Translations under genes and position numbers: made by a program
In this document: positions 35,962 through 46,095 of the stretch, piece after piece
Layout of the letters: the number at the start of each line of letters is the position of its first letter
Numbering within the stretch: position 1 is the stretch's first letter
The notes under the pieces: generated by a model
What the model was told of the DNA's origin: nothing
Databases searched by the model: none
What the model saw: only the letters and a program-made list of their open reading frames with translations
DNA from: a virus
Lineage: Duplodnaviria; Heunggongvirae; Uroviricota; Caudoviricetes
Virus record (IMG/VR): IMGVR_UViG_3300009149_000021
DNA length: 64,000 nucleotides
Direction: 5' to 3' (one strand)

Positions 35962-38592
35962 CTATAGGCGATTGAACATAAATTTCAATAAAATATTATT
36001 ATAATTTGGATTCTTTAATATTTCGTAGAAATTTGTTCTGCCCGGGCTAAACGCAAATGCAAGCAATGGAGATTGGAATCCTATACAAACTATCTTACTA
36101 TAAGCTTTATATGGTACATCAACACCCATCCTTCTCCATAACACTAATTTACCATCAGAATCTGACCACAATAACTGAGATATAAGTAATTCCACATGGA
36201 CCATTTGTATATTGGAATAAGAACCATACACTTTCATGAGTATCGATAACATTTCCCTATAACTTTCACATTTACCAGACAACACATCACCAACTTTTTT
36301 CATATCAGAAATGATATCTTCCTGAGTATCGGAACCCACTTTCGCAATAGCAGCACCTGATATGTGGAAAGTTCTTAAGACGTGCTGTGTATTTATTTCA
36401 CCGATCGCCTGTGCTGCAATAAAACCAACATAACGGCTTCTGGCAAGTGAACTCAACTCACCATAGCATTTTTTACAAATATTTTTTCCTTTGCATCTGA
36501 TTGGCGATCGCAGCACTAATTTTTTTCCAATATCATCAACAGTTACTTTTCTAGATACACCCAATTCATCAATTACATATCTCCCATATAAATGATTAAT
36601 CATCTTTTCATCTAACTTAATTGGTATTCCTTCTGTTGTTCCACAATCTTCAGAGTCATAGTCCAATTCAATTGATGACATGGCATAAATTAATTGTCTG
36701 GTCATATATCCAGCTTTGGCTGTATTCTCTGCAGTATCGATAAGACCTTTCCTTGTTCCATAACATGATAGAAAATGTTCTCTTGGAGTCAAACCCTCGA
36801 TCAAACTATGTATGATAGGTGTTTTCAAAAAATTTCCCTGGTAATCAGAAACATGTCCCCTTGCCCAGAAAATCTGTTTTGCCTGCAACCAATCACCTCT
36901 AGCAGAAGATCTTATCAATTTATTCAATTTGAATTTCGGTTTTAATCCTTCTATATATCGTTCTTCATTAGCTATATTTACATTTGGATTATCACTATTA
37001 TATATTTCTTTTTCTTTTAATTCATATGTTACTTCTGGTATTACATAATTATCAAGACATACGTTTACTGGATAAAATGTACTATATTCAAATCCAATGT
37101 TTTTTATTTTATCACATACTCCAGCCACGATATCACTACTATATTTGATACTCAACTCATATAATATATTCTTTATAGTTTTTCTATCAATCGTTTCATT
37201 CACAAATGGATAATCTTCAGGAAATATTTTATTAAATTCGACTCTTCCTTTTGTGGTTTTGATTCCTTCGTGTTCAATTTCTTCATTAAAATCATATTCT
37301 TTATCATCCTGTGTCAGAATAAAAATACCATATACCATGGACTGACTAGGTGCAAAATTGAAATTTGTATTAGAAACACTTAGGAGATTTTTAGAAGGGA
37401 GCATTTTATCTATGCATTCAACAGTAGCATCGATGGTCAGTGGTCTATATATTGCCATTTGATCGCCATCGAAGTCAGCATTATATGGTGCACATATTAA
37501 CGGATTTATATGAATTGCTAACGTATCTTTTGTAACTACTTTAAATGCAAACATGCCCATTCTATGCAATGTTGGTTGTCTATTCAAAATTATTATTTTT
37601 CCATCGCATGTTTCTTTTATAATATCGTGCAAATTTATCTGATCGGTTATATGTTTCCCCAATAATTCATTTGCTTCCTGTGATGTAACACACACCTTCT
37701 TCTGCAACATATAATTTATGAGTTCTGGTTTAAATAAAGATACCAACAATTTATCAGACACACCAGCTTCATCCAACCCAAGACAAGGATCTACTACAAT
37801 AGTTGATCTTCCTGAGAAATCAATTCTTTTTCCTAATAAATTGTTTCTTATTAATTTTTGTTTATCGCCATTTATATAATCTTCACAATGCTCATACATT
37901 TTGAAGACATCATACCATATCCCCATCACAAAATCATAATTAAAAAATTTAGTTTTTTCCGGTTCAGTGAATTTATTATATTGTTCAATTTTAATTAAGA
38001 TATGTTGATATATATAATTCAGTGAATCCATGGCAAGCTCTTTATTTGTGACAATTATAGGTCTGAGATCAGGTGGTATAACAACAATATGTTTTGTATA
38101 TATACTATCAAATTTAGTCTTCAGAACTTTATAAATATCTGGAACGAATTTCTTTGCCATTTCCTCAACTAACTCATACAATACCTTTATGTCCATTTCA
38201 TCGTCACTTACTTTTTCTACAAATTTTCCTTGTTCAAGTTCGTAAAACGTATAACCTGTCAGCAATCTTGCCATCATTTTAGAAAAACGATCTGATTTTT
38301 GCTTCATTGCCAAATATATCATTGGATGTAGAACTAGACAAGGCAATTTAATGGTCGCCATGGTTCTTCTTCTCACTATGCTTGATGTGAATCTGACACC
38401 ACATCTCTCACATAATTTACCAACATCAGTTGTATTTTTAATTTTGCATTGACACGTATAGTCTCGAACGGGACCAAAGATTTGTTCAGAAAAAATTCCT
38501 TGCGAATGAAATGTATTTTGCGATTTCATGATTTTACTGGCAGATATTTCCGGAAGTCCTTCTCCGTATTTTTCAACATCCAGTAGTTTCAA
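35962..38592 (-). CDS. multisubunit RNA polymerase beta' subunit, N-terminal part (A'-like)
   Basis: N-terminal Zn motif CQCK...CERCGV; universal catalytic NADFDGDQM motif; 876 aa. Confidence 0.85.
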   Translation of the reverse strand: MKLLDVEKYGEGLPEISASKIMKSQNTFHSQGIFSEQIFGPVRDYTCQCKIKNTTDVGKLCERCGVRFTSSIVRRRTMATIKLPCLVLHPMIYLAMKQKSDRFSKMMARLLTGYTFYELEQGKFVEKVSDDEMDIKVLYELVEEMAKKFVPDIYKVLKTKFDSIYTKHIVVIPPDLRPIIVTNKELAMDSLNYIYQHILIKIEQYNKFTEPEKTKFFNYDFVMGIWYDVFKMYEHCEDYINGDKQKLIRNNLLGKRIDFSGRSTIVVDPCLGLDEAGVSDKLLVSLFKPELINYMLQKKVCVTSQEANELLGKHITDQINLHDIIKETCDGKIIILNRQPTLHRMGMFAFKVVTKDTLAIHINPLICAPYNADFDGDQMAIYRPLTIDATVECIDKMLPSKNLLSVSNTNFNFAPSQSMVYGIFILTQDDKEYDFNEEIEHEGIKTTKGRVEFNKIFPEDYPFVNETIDRKTIKNILYELSIKYSSDIVAGVCDKIKNIGFEYSTFYPVNVCLDNYVIPEVTYELKEKEIYNSDNPNVNIANEERYIEGLKPKFKLNKLIRSSARGDWLQAKQIFWARGHVSDYQGNFLKTPIIHSLIEGLTPREHFLSCYGTRKGLIDTAENTAKAGYMTRQLIYAMSSIELDYDSEDCGTTEGIPIKLDEKMINHLYGRYVIDELGVSRKVTVDDIGKKLVLRSPIRCKGKNICKKCYGELSSLARSRYVGFIAAQAIGEINTQHVLRTFHISGAAIAKVGSDTQEDIISDMKKVGDVLSGKCESYREMLSILMKVYGSYSNIQMVHVELLISQLLWSDSDGKLVLWRRMGVDVPYKAYSKIVCIGFQSPLLAFAFSPGRTNFYEILKNPNYNNILLKFMFNRL

Positions 38593-38602
38593 ATTCTACC
38601 TC

Positions 38603-39016
38603 CTATAAGAAAGTGATTGTTTCACCCTTAGTATAATAAGACATATAATTCCACGACGTCTGCGACCTGTATAATAATAAATCAAACAATATCATTTTTA
38701 CAAGTTTTTCATTGTCATGAGAATATTCCCACAATGCATCGGTCACTGGAACCTCATTTTCAACAGTACTTAATAACGACATCGAAGGGTGACTACCTTT
38801 CTTAATTATAACAACTTTCCTGAGTTTGTCAATGATTATTTTTCTTATGTTATATCTGTTTGCAACATAAAATAATCCGTCTGGCACATTTGCATAATAT
38901 ATGTACCAATCACCATTTACTTCCAATGTATCATAATGAATTTTAGTTTTCCCCATATTAGAAACTATATATTCCATCAACTCTTCGAACTTTTCTTTTT
39001 CTATTGCAAGGTACAT
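38603..39016 (-). CDS. hypothetical protein, possible degenerate JAB/MPN-like fold
   Basis: LEVNGDW resembles the JAB E-x-x-G motif; KKGSHPSMSLLSTVENE resembles JAMM HxHx7Sx2D but lacks the first His. Confidence 0.25.
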   Translation of the reverse strand: MYLAIEKEKFEELMEYIVSNMGKTKIHYDTLEVNGDWYIYYANVPDGLFYVANRYNIRKIIIDKLRKVVIIKKGSHPSMSLLSTVENEVPVTDALWEYSHDNEKLVKMILFDLLLYRSQTSWNYMSYYTKGETITFL

Positions 39017-39480
39017 AATAATTCACCATCTCCAAAAACAAGACAAATATTAGAATTACACAATACATTCGTCACAACATTCAAACAAAGTTCATTTGAA
39101 AGAAATAATTTGTTTATAAAAAAGAAACCATGGATTTTATTATTATTCATCATATCTGATATTGCTTCTTCATTGAGTCCACTTCCGATTTTACACAAAC
39201 CATTAAATATATTCTTTCGAGTATTCCATGTTAAAAACTGATCCTTGCCAATGTGATTTATAAATTTCTTACATGATTTATTTATCAATAAAAAATAATA
39301 ATCACCAATGTCGAGATAACCTCTTTTAAATTCAAGTTGGCCCAATCTTTTTATTTTGTAATCAGTATTTTCAAACGTCGTATATTTATTTTCATCGAAA
39401 TCTAATGTTTTAATTTCCATACTATATACCCCACTACTATGCAGACATATTAAGAATAAAAAGATGATTATTCTTTTCAC
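39001..39480 (-). CDS. exported hypothetical protein
   Basis: ORF 159 aa; signal-like MKRIIIFLFLICLHSSGVYS. Confidence 0.4.
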   Translation of the reverse strand: MKRIIIFLFLICLHSSGVYSMEIKTLDFDENKYTTFENTDYKIKRLGQLEFKRGYLDIGDYYFLLINKSCKKFINHIGKDQFLTWNTRKNIFNGLCKIGSGLNEEAISDMMNNNKIHGFFFINKLFLSNELCLNVVTNVLCNSNICLVFGDGELLCTLQ

Positions 39481-39790
39481 CTACAATATATTTTCCATTA
39501 GTTTTTTCCACAATTAGATTTTTTATTTCATTTTTGGATAGAGAAGAAACAACTTCATCACATTTTATATTGCTCTTTGGTACTCCAAAAATATCATATA
39601 TCTCATCCACCCCAGGTGGAATATGAACAATCGTCTGTGGTTTTTCTTCGAACCCATCATCAACAATCGGAGTAGATTTGGCCTGAGGGAAAGGTATGTG
39701 TATACATTTTGTCGGTTGTTTTTCATCGAAAGCATCATCAATCATCTGATCAATTTCAATCTCGTTGTATTTCGACGATTCTGTTATCAT
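39437..39790 (-). CDS. small acidic hypothetical protein
   Basis: ORF 117 aa. Confidence 0.35.
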   Translation of the reverse strand: MITESSKYNEIEIDQMIDDAFDEKQPTKCIHIPFPQAKSTPIVDDGFEEKPQTIVHIPPGVDEIYDIFGVPKSNIKCDEVVSSLSKNEIKNLIVEKTNGKYIVGEKNNHLFILNMSA

Positions 39791-40373
39791 ACTCCTCCTT
39801 CCATATTAAATTATTTTTTGACATAGATTTAAAATCAACAATAAACGATTTAATATTAGATTTATTTGATTCGAGAACATCAATCAAATAACTACAGAAT
39901 TTCATAGAATTATGAATATCCGGCTTACTATCATATTCTTTTGGGTTATATCTGAATTTAAGATAATCTTCTTCATTTAAAAGGATACCACACTGATTGT
40001 TAATGAAACATTTGAAATAAAAATTTGAATTTAAGTTATTTATAACTTCATTATTATCGCGAAAGTCAAGCGCCAGATCAAACTCTGCCACATTATCATG
40101 TAAATAATCCTCGACTTTCCCGCAACAAAAATCCACAATACTAACATATGGGTTGTGAATTTTATAAATTAATCTGATGCACTCCACGATCTTAGATTTA
40201 TTTACATTAGAATACCATGTATACTTAAGATCGTCATCACTTATATTATCGTAGTCTACCAATGAAATATCCCATGATTGATTTAGATCATTGGTTTTGA
40301 GAAGCGTAAAAAGAAAGTTGGCTCCTAATGTTCCCAATCCTCCCATTAGAACTCTCAATAATCCTCCTTTCAA
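39756..40373 (-). CDS. E1-like/ThiF-MoeB-family adenylyltransferase domain protein (short; no obvious catalytic Cys region)
   Basis: VLMGGLGTLG (GxGxxG), ISLVDYDNISDDDL (ThiF LxLxDxDxVxxSNL region), NPYVSI, DLALDFRDN...IN, CGILL; ordered matches to E. coli ThiF. Confidence 0.65.
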   Translation of the reverse strand: MKGGLLRVLMGGLGTLGANFLFTLLKTNDLNQSWDISLVDYDNISDDDLKYTWYSNVNKSKIVECIRLIYKIHNPYVSIVDFCCGKVEDYLHDNVAEFDLALDFRDNNEVINNLNSNFYFKCFINNQCGILLNEEDYLKFRYNPKEYDSKPDIHNSMKFCSYLIDVLESNKSNIKSFIVDFKSMSKNNLIWKEEYDNRIVEIQRD

Positions 40374-41719
40374 GCTCCAACTATATCAAATCCATTTAAT
40401 AAATAGAATTCTTTTCTTAGTTCCCATTCATCAATTAATCTTTGATGGGATGAATCTAGAAAATCAATAACAACTGGTGGTTGTTTACTTTCATGGATTC
40501 TTAGAATTCTTCCTATAGATTGTTCTAAATATGTTGGGCTTACCATAGAGGAGAGGAATATCAATGTGTCTAAGGAACTTTCATCTATTCCTTTATAACA
40601 CATTGCGTAATTTGATAAAATCACTTGTTTGGATAATGCATCTCTTCCTACACCAGAAATAAATACCGATATATCATCATCCAGAACATCATATTTTTCA
40701 ACAAGTATATTTTTCATCTCTTTTAGAAAATCATTTTTGAGACCAGATAAAATTAATAATTTTCTTTTTTTATCATATGCTTGTTTTATAATAGAACAGA
40801 CCATTTTTAAATAACCAGTTCTTTTAATTATTTGTTTATAATACTTTCTTTTATCAAATCTTCCCCCCCAATAAATATATCTTTTAAAATTATCATCTAG
40901 CTTTGATTCAAACTTCACAACCTTGATGGTTGGTTTTATTTCGTGTACGGCGTGAACATACATTTTATTAGATAGCCATGATTTTATTATAGTTTCCCTA
41001 TTTAAATTTTTATAGGGTGTGGCACTCAAACCTATCAATCGTTTTGAAAAACAATATGCGCATGCGGTTGTAAACGCTTCCGGCCCTATTATACAATGAA
41101 CCTCATCAAAAAATGTTAGACCAAAATTTGCTGCTTTCATGATAGCACCAAAAGATTTCCCATCTTTTCTAATTTTAGCCAACACACTTTGAACAGTCGT
41201 TATAACAATTGGATAATCCAAATTTAATTTTTTATCTAAAATACCTATATCACTTTCTGCACAGGACGAATGTTGCGTAAATCTCTCTATCCATTGTTCT
41301 GCTAATGCTAGTTGATCGACAAAAATTAATGCCTTTTTCCCTATGTCACAAATAGCTTTTATAGCAACGACAGTTTTCCCGAAACCAGGAGCGCATTTTA
41401 TAAATCCACAATAATTATTTATAATAAAATCTACAGCTTCTTTCTGATATTCATTTCTATATTTCACTTTACTTGTCATCGAAATAGATTCACCAACATC
41501 GGAATTATTAATTATTCCTGGCCGCTGAATAATATTCCTCGGCATCAACAGTTCACTTCCTAGCTCTTTATACAATTTTATCTTCTTAATTTTAGAATCA
41601 AAATTGAATTCTTGTATTGTCATGATGTCTTTCAAATATTCTATTTGATCACACGACAATTCTTTTTTATTAATATGTAGCCAGGAATCTATGTACACTA
41701 TCGTTCCTCCTCTATCCAA
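40370..41719 (-). CDS. SF2 DEAD/DEAH-box helicase
   Basis: Walker A APGFGKT; DEVH box FFDEVHCI; helicase C-terminal arginine-finger region. Confidence 0.7.
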   Translation of the reverse strand: MDRGGTIVYIDSWLHINKKELSCDQIEYLKDIMTIQEFNFDSKIKKIKLYKELGSELLMPRNIIQRPGIINNSDVGESISMTSKVKYRNEYQKEAVDFIINNYCGFIKCAPGFGKTVVAIKAICDIGKKALIFVDQLALAEQWIERFTQHSSCAESDIGILDKKLNLDYPIVITTVQSVLAKIRKDGKSFGAIMKAANFGLTFFDEVHCIIGPEAFTTACAYCFSKRLIGLSATPYKNLNRETIIKSWLSNKMYVHAVHEIKPTIKVVKFESKLDDNFKRYIYWGGRFDKRKYYKQIIKRTGYLKMVCSIIKQAYDKKRKLLILSGLKNDFLKEMKNILVEKYDVLDDDISVFISGVGRDALSKQVILSNYAMCYKGIDESSLDTLIFLSSMVSPTYLEQSIGRILRIHESKQPPVVIDFLDSSHQRLIDEWELRKEFYLLNGFDIVGA

Positions 41720-44099
41720 CCTCTATAATTTCATCATAATCTTGGGTTTTCCAAAATGTATTGTGTGTTATAAGATAACATGATTTGGTCTCACTAAGAT
41801 CCTTCATCAGTTTAACTGCAAACGTTCCATTTTCATCATCTAAACTATCAAAGACTTCATCGAAGAATATAACATTGGAAATTATATTAGATCTGGAAAT
41901 AGCTAAATCATAAAGAGAAAACATCATAGCAATATCTATTATACGTTTTTCTCCGCCACTCAATTTTATAAATTTAGTTTCTTTCTTTTTATTTCCTTCT
42001 CTATATATTTTACAACTAAGTTTGTTTCTTTCCTCGCCCTTCTGTGTGAAATCGGTATTTTGCAATTTAATAATGAATTCACAATTCATTTTGGTCAAAT
42101 AATAATGCATTCTTGAATTAAGAAAAGGAATGCTCTTTCCAATTATTAAGTTTTCAATTCCTTGGTTTGAAAATGCCTCCAGCCAAAAACTAATATATTT
42201 TGTATCCTTGTTTATAGATTCTACTTGTTTCTGCAATGTTGCCGTGCATTCATCAATCTTATTTATTTCTCCAATCAGTTCATCTTTAATCTTTAAAATT
42301 TGTGTATTTAATTTTTTAATATTTTCATTTGAATTATTGAACCTATCTGTCGTCTTGATATGATCATTTTTAAGAATAGTATATTCATTTATATTTTTAT
42401 CAATTACCTTAATACCAATCTCAATATCACCTAAAGATTTCTGAATACCTTCACGCATCATTTTAAATTTGGATTCGATTCTGGTCAATCTTTTCTTATA
42501 TAATTCTCTGGCCAGCTGTACTCGTATTTCAAAACTTTGTTTTTTGTTCTCTATTTCTAATTTCTTATCATCAATCAACTTTCTTTCTTCATTATTTATT
42601 TTCTCTTCTAGTTTATCTTTATCACTGATTGTTGATTTATTTTTGGCTTCTAGTTTTTTTATTTCTTTTTGAATATTATCAAATATTTTTCTATATTTGG
42701 GTTCAACCGCTTTTAGCTTTTCTTCAAATTCGGCATCAACTTTTTCTTCTTCTTCTTTGCATTTTTTGATGAGTTTATTGCAATCATCGATCCCATCTTG
42801 TAGTTTTTTAATCTTTATTTTTATCTCTTCTATTAAAGGATTTATACAGTCTTTGGCATTATCATCTAAAATTCTAAAACAGACCGGACAGGGAGATCCT
42901 TCTTTGCTTTTCAACTCTTCATATTTTGTTATTTTATATTCCAGATCTTTAATTTGTCCATTATTAACAGAAATGTATATTGGCGCATCACAACATTTAA
43001 CACCTATTTCATGTTTTTGCTGTCTGAGATCTTCTTCCAATTTATTAATTTCTTGTCTCTTCTTTTCTTCTTCAGAAGAAATCAATTGATCATTTTCCCG
43101 TATTGAATTTTTCACATTCTCTATCTTCTTATTCAATATATCCATCTCAGTATAAAATTTAGTTTGAAGTTCACGTTTTATATTACTACTGAATAACTCG
43201 CATTCAGTTTCATACTTTCTTTTTCTTGTTTCAACCATTCGTTTTATATTGAGCGCTTTGGAATTTAGATTTTTTATTTCTAAATCATTCTCTTTAGAAA
43301 CATTAGAAAGATCATTTTCCAACTTATTCTTTTCTGTGCTTTTCATGGAATGAAGTTCAGTTTCTTTTTTCAGAAGTTTCTCAATATCCGAAAATGATTG
43401 GGATGATTTCAACCATTTAGTACATTCTGCTTTTATCTGTTTATGTTCATCTACATTTTCTTCGTATTGATGTATCAATGCTGTGTATTTTGAATCTGTG
43501 AGTTCTCTTATGATTTTATTTTCTTCTATTTCTTTTTGTGCTGTTTCTTTATCTGAATCATGCTGTTTAACTTTCTCTTTACATTTTTTTGCATTTTCTC
43601 GTATTTGGTCAAAATTTAATATTTTTTCAAATAGATCCTTCTGTTCTTTATCAGTCATATCGAGAAATGTATTTGAGAATTGTTGAGGGAAAAACACAGT
43701 AGAAATAAATATATCAAAATCACCAAAAATTTCACCAAGAAGTTCCTGGGTTTCTTTTATTGTTTTTCTGGTTAAATCTACATTATCTTTAAATACAAAT
43801 AAGGAATTCTTAAACTCTTTGTGTTTAAGAGTTCGTCTCACCAACCAGTCAGATCCAGAATATTCAAAATGTAAATCTACCAGACAATTTCTTCCAACTT
43901 CTTCATTCAAAATATCGGTATTGGTCAGATTATCTCTAACCGTTTTTCCATATATACACCATGCCAATGCTTCCAACCTTGTACTCTTTCCACATCCATT
44001 TGGTCCAACAACCATATATAATCCATTATCGTAAATTTCAAAAGAATACTCCACTATTCCCATAAAATTATATATACATAACTTTAATAATTTAATCAT
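41712..44099 (-). CDS. SbcC/Rad50-like ATPase (T4 gp46-like recombination nuclease subunit)
   Basis: Walker A GPNGCGKST; long coiled coil; zinc-hook CPVC; signature LSGGEKR; Walker B FFDEVFDSLD. Confidence 0.8.
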   Translation of the reverse strand: MIKLLKLCIYNFMGIVEYSFEIYDNGLYMVVGPNGCGKSTRLEALAWCIYGKTVRDNLTNTDILNEEVGRNCLVDLHFEYSGSDWLVRRTLKHKEFKNSLFVFKDNVDLTRKTIKETQELLGEIFGDFDIFISTVFFPQQFSNTFLDMTDKEQKDLFEKILNFDQIRENAKKCKEKVKQHDSDKETAQKEIEENKIIRELTDSKYTALIHQYEENVDEHKQIKAECTKWLKSSQSFSDIEKLLKKETELHSMKSTEKNKLENDLSNVSKENDLEIKNLNSKALNIKRMVETRKRKYETECELFSSNIKRELQTKFYTEMDILNKKIENVKNSIRENDQLISSEEEKKRQEINKLEEDLRQQKHEIGVKCCDAPIYISVNNGQIKDLEYKITKYEELKSKEGSPCPVCFRILDDNAKDCINPLIEEIKIKIKKLQDGIDDCNKLIKKCKEEEEKVDAEFEEKLKAVEPKYRKIFDNIQKEIKKLEAKNKSTISDKDKLEEKINNEERKLIDDKKLEIENKKQSFEIRVQLARELYKKRLTRIESKFKMMREGIQKSLGDIEIGIKVIDKNINEYTILKNDHIKTTDRFNNSNENIKKLNTQILKIKDELIGEINKIDECTATLQKQVESINKDTKYISFWLEAFSNQGIENLIIGKSIPFLNSRMHYYLTKMNCEFIIKLQNTDFTQKGEERNKLSCKIYREGNKKKETKFIKLSGGEKRIIDIAMMFSLYDLAISRSNIISNVIFFDEVFDSLDDENGTFAVKLMKDLSETKSCYLITHNTFWKTQDYDEIIEVG

Positions 44100-45406
44100 T
44101 CATCCTCCGGTCGAAAGAAAGATAAATACTTTTCCAGTGTAACTGCATTAATATTATTAATTTTATACTTTATCATACCCATCTCTTCCTTCAATTTCTC
44201 AACATCAATCGAAACTGTGAAAAGTTTTTCTATCGAATACTTTTTCATCAGATCCCTTAAAACTTTTTCATCCAAATTATCGATATTATTGAGTATATCC
44301 GAAACTATGAATTCAATATCATATATTTTTTGCTTGAGATATTCTCCGATAAATGGTCTCACCTTTTCTATTAACCGAAATTCATATAATTTGTCTTCTA
44401 TCTTTCTATGATCTGTTTCTAATCTATGGTGATACGTTTCCATGTAATTATTCAGCGTGTGAATTAAAAATTCTTTAACACCAATGCATCTCACGGCATT
44501 CTTATCATTTACGAGAATTTTACAATTTATCGGTTTTGTAATTTCATGTATGACATCTTTACATAATTTTGTAAAATCGCATCTTTTATTTTTAATTACA
44601 CTGACTTCTAATTCCACCTTTCCACCTTCAGAATGATCATTGAATGATACAGATCCATCTTTAAAATACCTGTTCTCAAGCATAGACAACAATGAACTAA
44701 ATCCTCCGACTGGCGTTCCATATATTTTTATGTTTCTGTTGTTTTCATTGATTCTATATCTAGTTTGGAATACTATCCTTCCCTCGCCACTATCAAGAAG
44801 CTGCTCAACTTCCGATTCTTTCAAAACTATATTTCCTGGACAATATGGTTTAATCACTATTGGTTTCCTATCAACCACAATACTCTTAGTTAGACTTATT
44901 AAGTCATTCAATTTATATCTTGGTATCACAGTCTTTATACCAAATCCAATTCCGATGTTCACATTATCAAGAAGAAAACATAATGGAACTGGAGTTGGAA
45001 GAAATAGTGGTTCTTCTTCAATTTCTATTTCTTCCCATGGAACATCATGTATAAATTCAAATATCATATTTTTATAAAATGAATTTAGTCTAGCCTCCGT
45101 ATATCGCATAGCAGCTGCAGTCTGGGGCGTGAGCCCTTCTGTCGAGCCCCAATTCCCCTGTTTGTCAAAGTATCCTGCATTGACCAACCTAGCCAACGTA
45201 TCATAGAAGGAAGCATCACCATGCGGATGTAAAACGAGACCAGCAGCAACTATCTTCACCGATTTGACCATTTCCTTTGCTGCTTTATATCCACCAACTA
45301 AAGCTCTTCTCTCTGCTGGTCTCAATCCATCATTTATTCCTGGCAATGCGCGAAACCAATTTACGTGTTTTCCATACTTTCTATACCTATCAAGAATAGA
45401 TAACAC
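44096..45406 (-). CDS. type II DNA topoisomerase, GyrA-like subunit (T4 gp52-like)
   Basis: Active-site motif AAMRYTEARL with catalytic Tyr; 436 aa like T4 gp52. Confidence 0.8.
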   Translation of the reverse strand: MLSILDRYRKYGKHVNWFRALPGINDGLRPAERRALVGGYKAAKEMVKSVKIVAAGLVLHPHGDASFYDTLARLVNAGYFDKQGNWGSTEGLTPQTAAAMRYTEARLNSFYKNMIFEFIHDVPWEEIEIEEEPLFLPTPVPLCFLLDNVNIGIGFGIKTVIPRYKLNDLISLTKSIVVDRKPIVIKPYCPGNIVLKESEVEQLLDSGEGRIVFQTRYRINENNRNIKIYGTPVGGFSSLLSMLENRYFKDGSVSFNDHSEGGKVELEVSVIKNKRCDFTKLCKDVIHEITKPINCKILVNDKNAVRCIGVKEFLIHTLNNYMETYHHRLETDHRKIEDKLYEFRLIEKVRPFIGEYLKQKIYDIEFIVSDILNNIDNLDEKVLRDLMKKYSIEKLFTVSIDVEKLKEEMGMIKYKINNINAVTLEKYLSFFRPEDE

Positions 45407-45417
45407 AAATCACTCCT

Positions 45418-46095
45418 TTAAAATATAACTACATCATTTCCCATATCAATGCCATCAAATCCACCCGGGGTTTCCACTACTGCGGGTGAATCAGGAACCG
45501 TTGGGAATGATGGTCCCGGGGATGCATCTTCTATTTTTGGACCACTAAAATTATCAGTGTCAGACTTATCACTAGAATAATCTTTTTTATTTTTCTTTGA
45601 AAAATTATTCAACCACACATGATAACAACTCAGTGCTGGCAATATTGAAAATGTATTTTTCAAGAAATTTATAATTGTCAATAGATCACCCTTATTATCT
45701 ATAACAATATAATGTTTTTCTTCACCGTCGACCGAAGGATTTTGTGTTGTGATCATTATTGTTGGAAGATTCTTATGATTCATCACATATATCTTTGTTA
45801 CCGTGCTGACATTATCTTTTGACCATTTTCGTTCAGCAATCGGATCGTTGTAATTCACCGTCTGCTTCGTAATGAATGAGCTTAGGAGCTGATCAAATTT
45901 CACACACTCGTCTGCATTCAACTTTATCATCTTTTGGTTTTCATAATTAAAAACCTTCTGTCCCTTTTCATATCTTCCATTATTTTCTTTAGCATCTGGA
46001 TATTTCATAGCTATCGATATGGTTGTTGGATTATTTGTATCAAACCAATAATCCAAATTTAACACACTGTCGTCACCAAATATTCTAGCATACAT
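45418..46095 (-). CDS. hypothetical protein between the topoisomerase subunits
   Basis: ORF 225 aa; 11-nt overlap with the upstream GyrB-like gene. Confidence 0.4.
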   Translation of the reverse strand: MYARIFGDDSVLNLDYWFDTNNPTTISIAMKYPDAKENNGRYEKGQKVFNYENQKMIKLNADECVKFDQLLSSFITKQTVNYNDPIAERKWSKDNVSTVTKIYVMNHKNLPTIMITTQNPSVDGEEKHYIVIDNKGDLLTIINFLKNTFSILPALSCYHVWLNNFSKKNKKDYSSDKSDTDNFSGPKIEDASPGPSFPTVPDSPAVVETPGGFDGIDMGNDVVIF

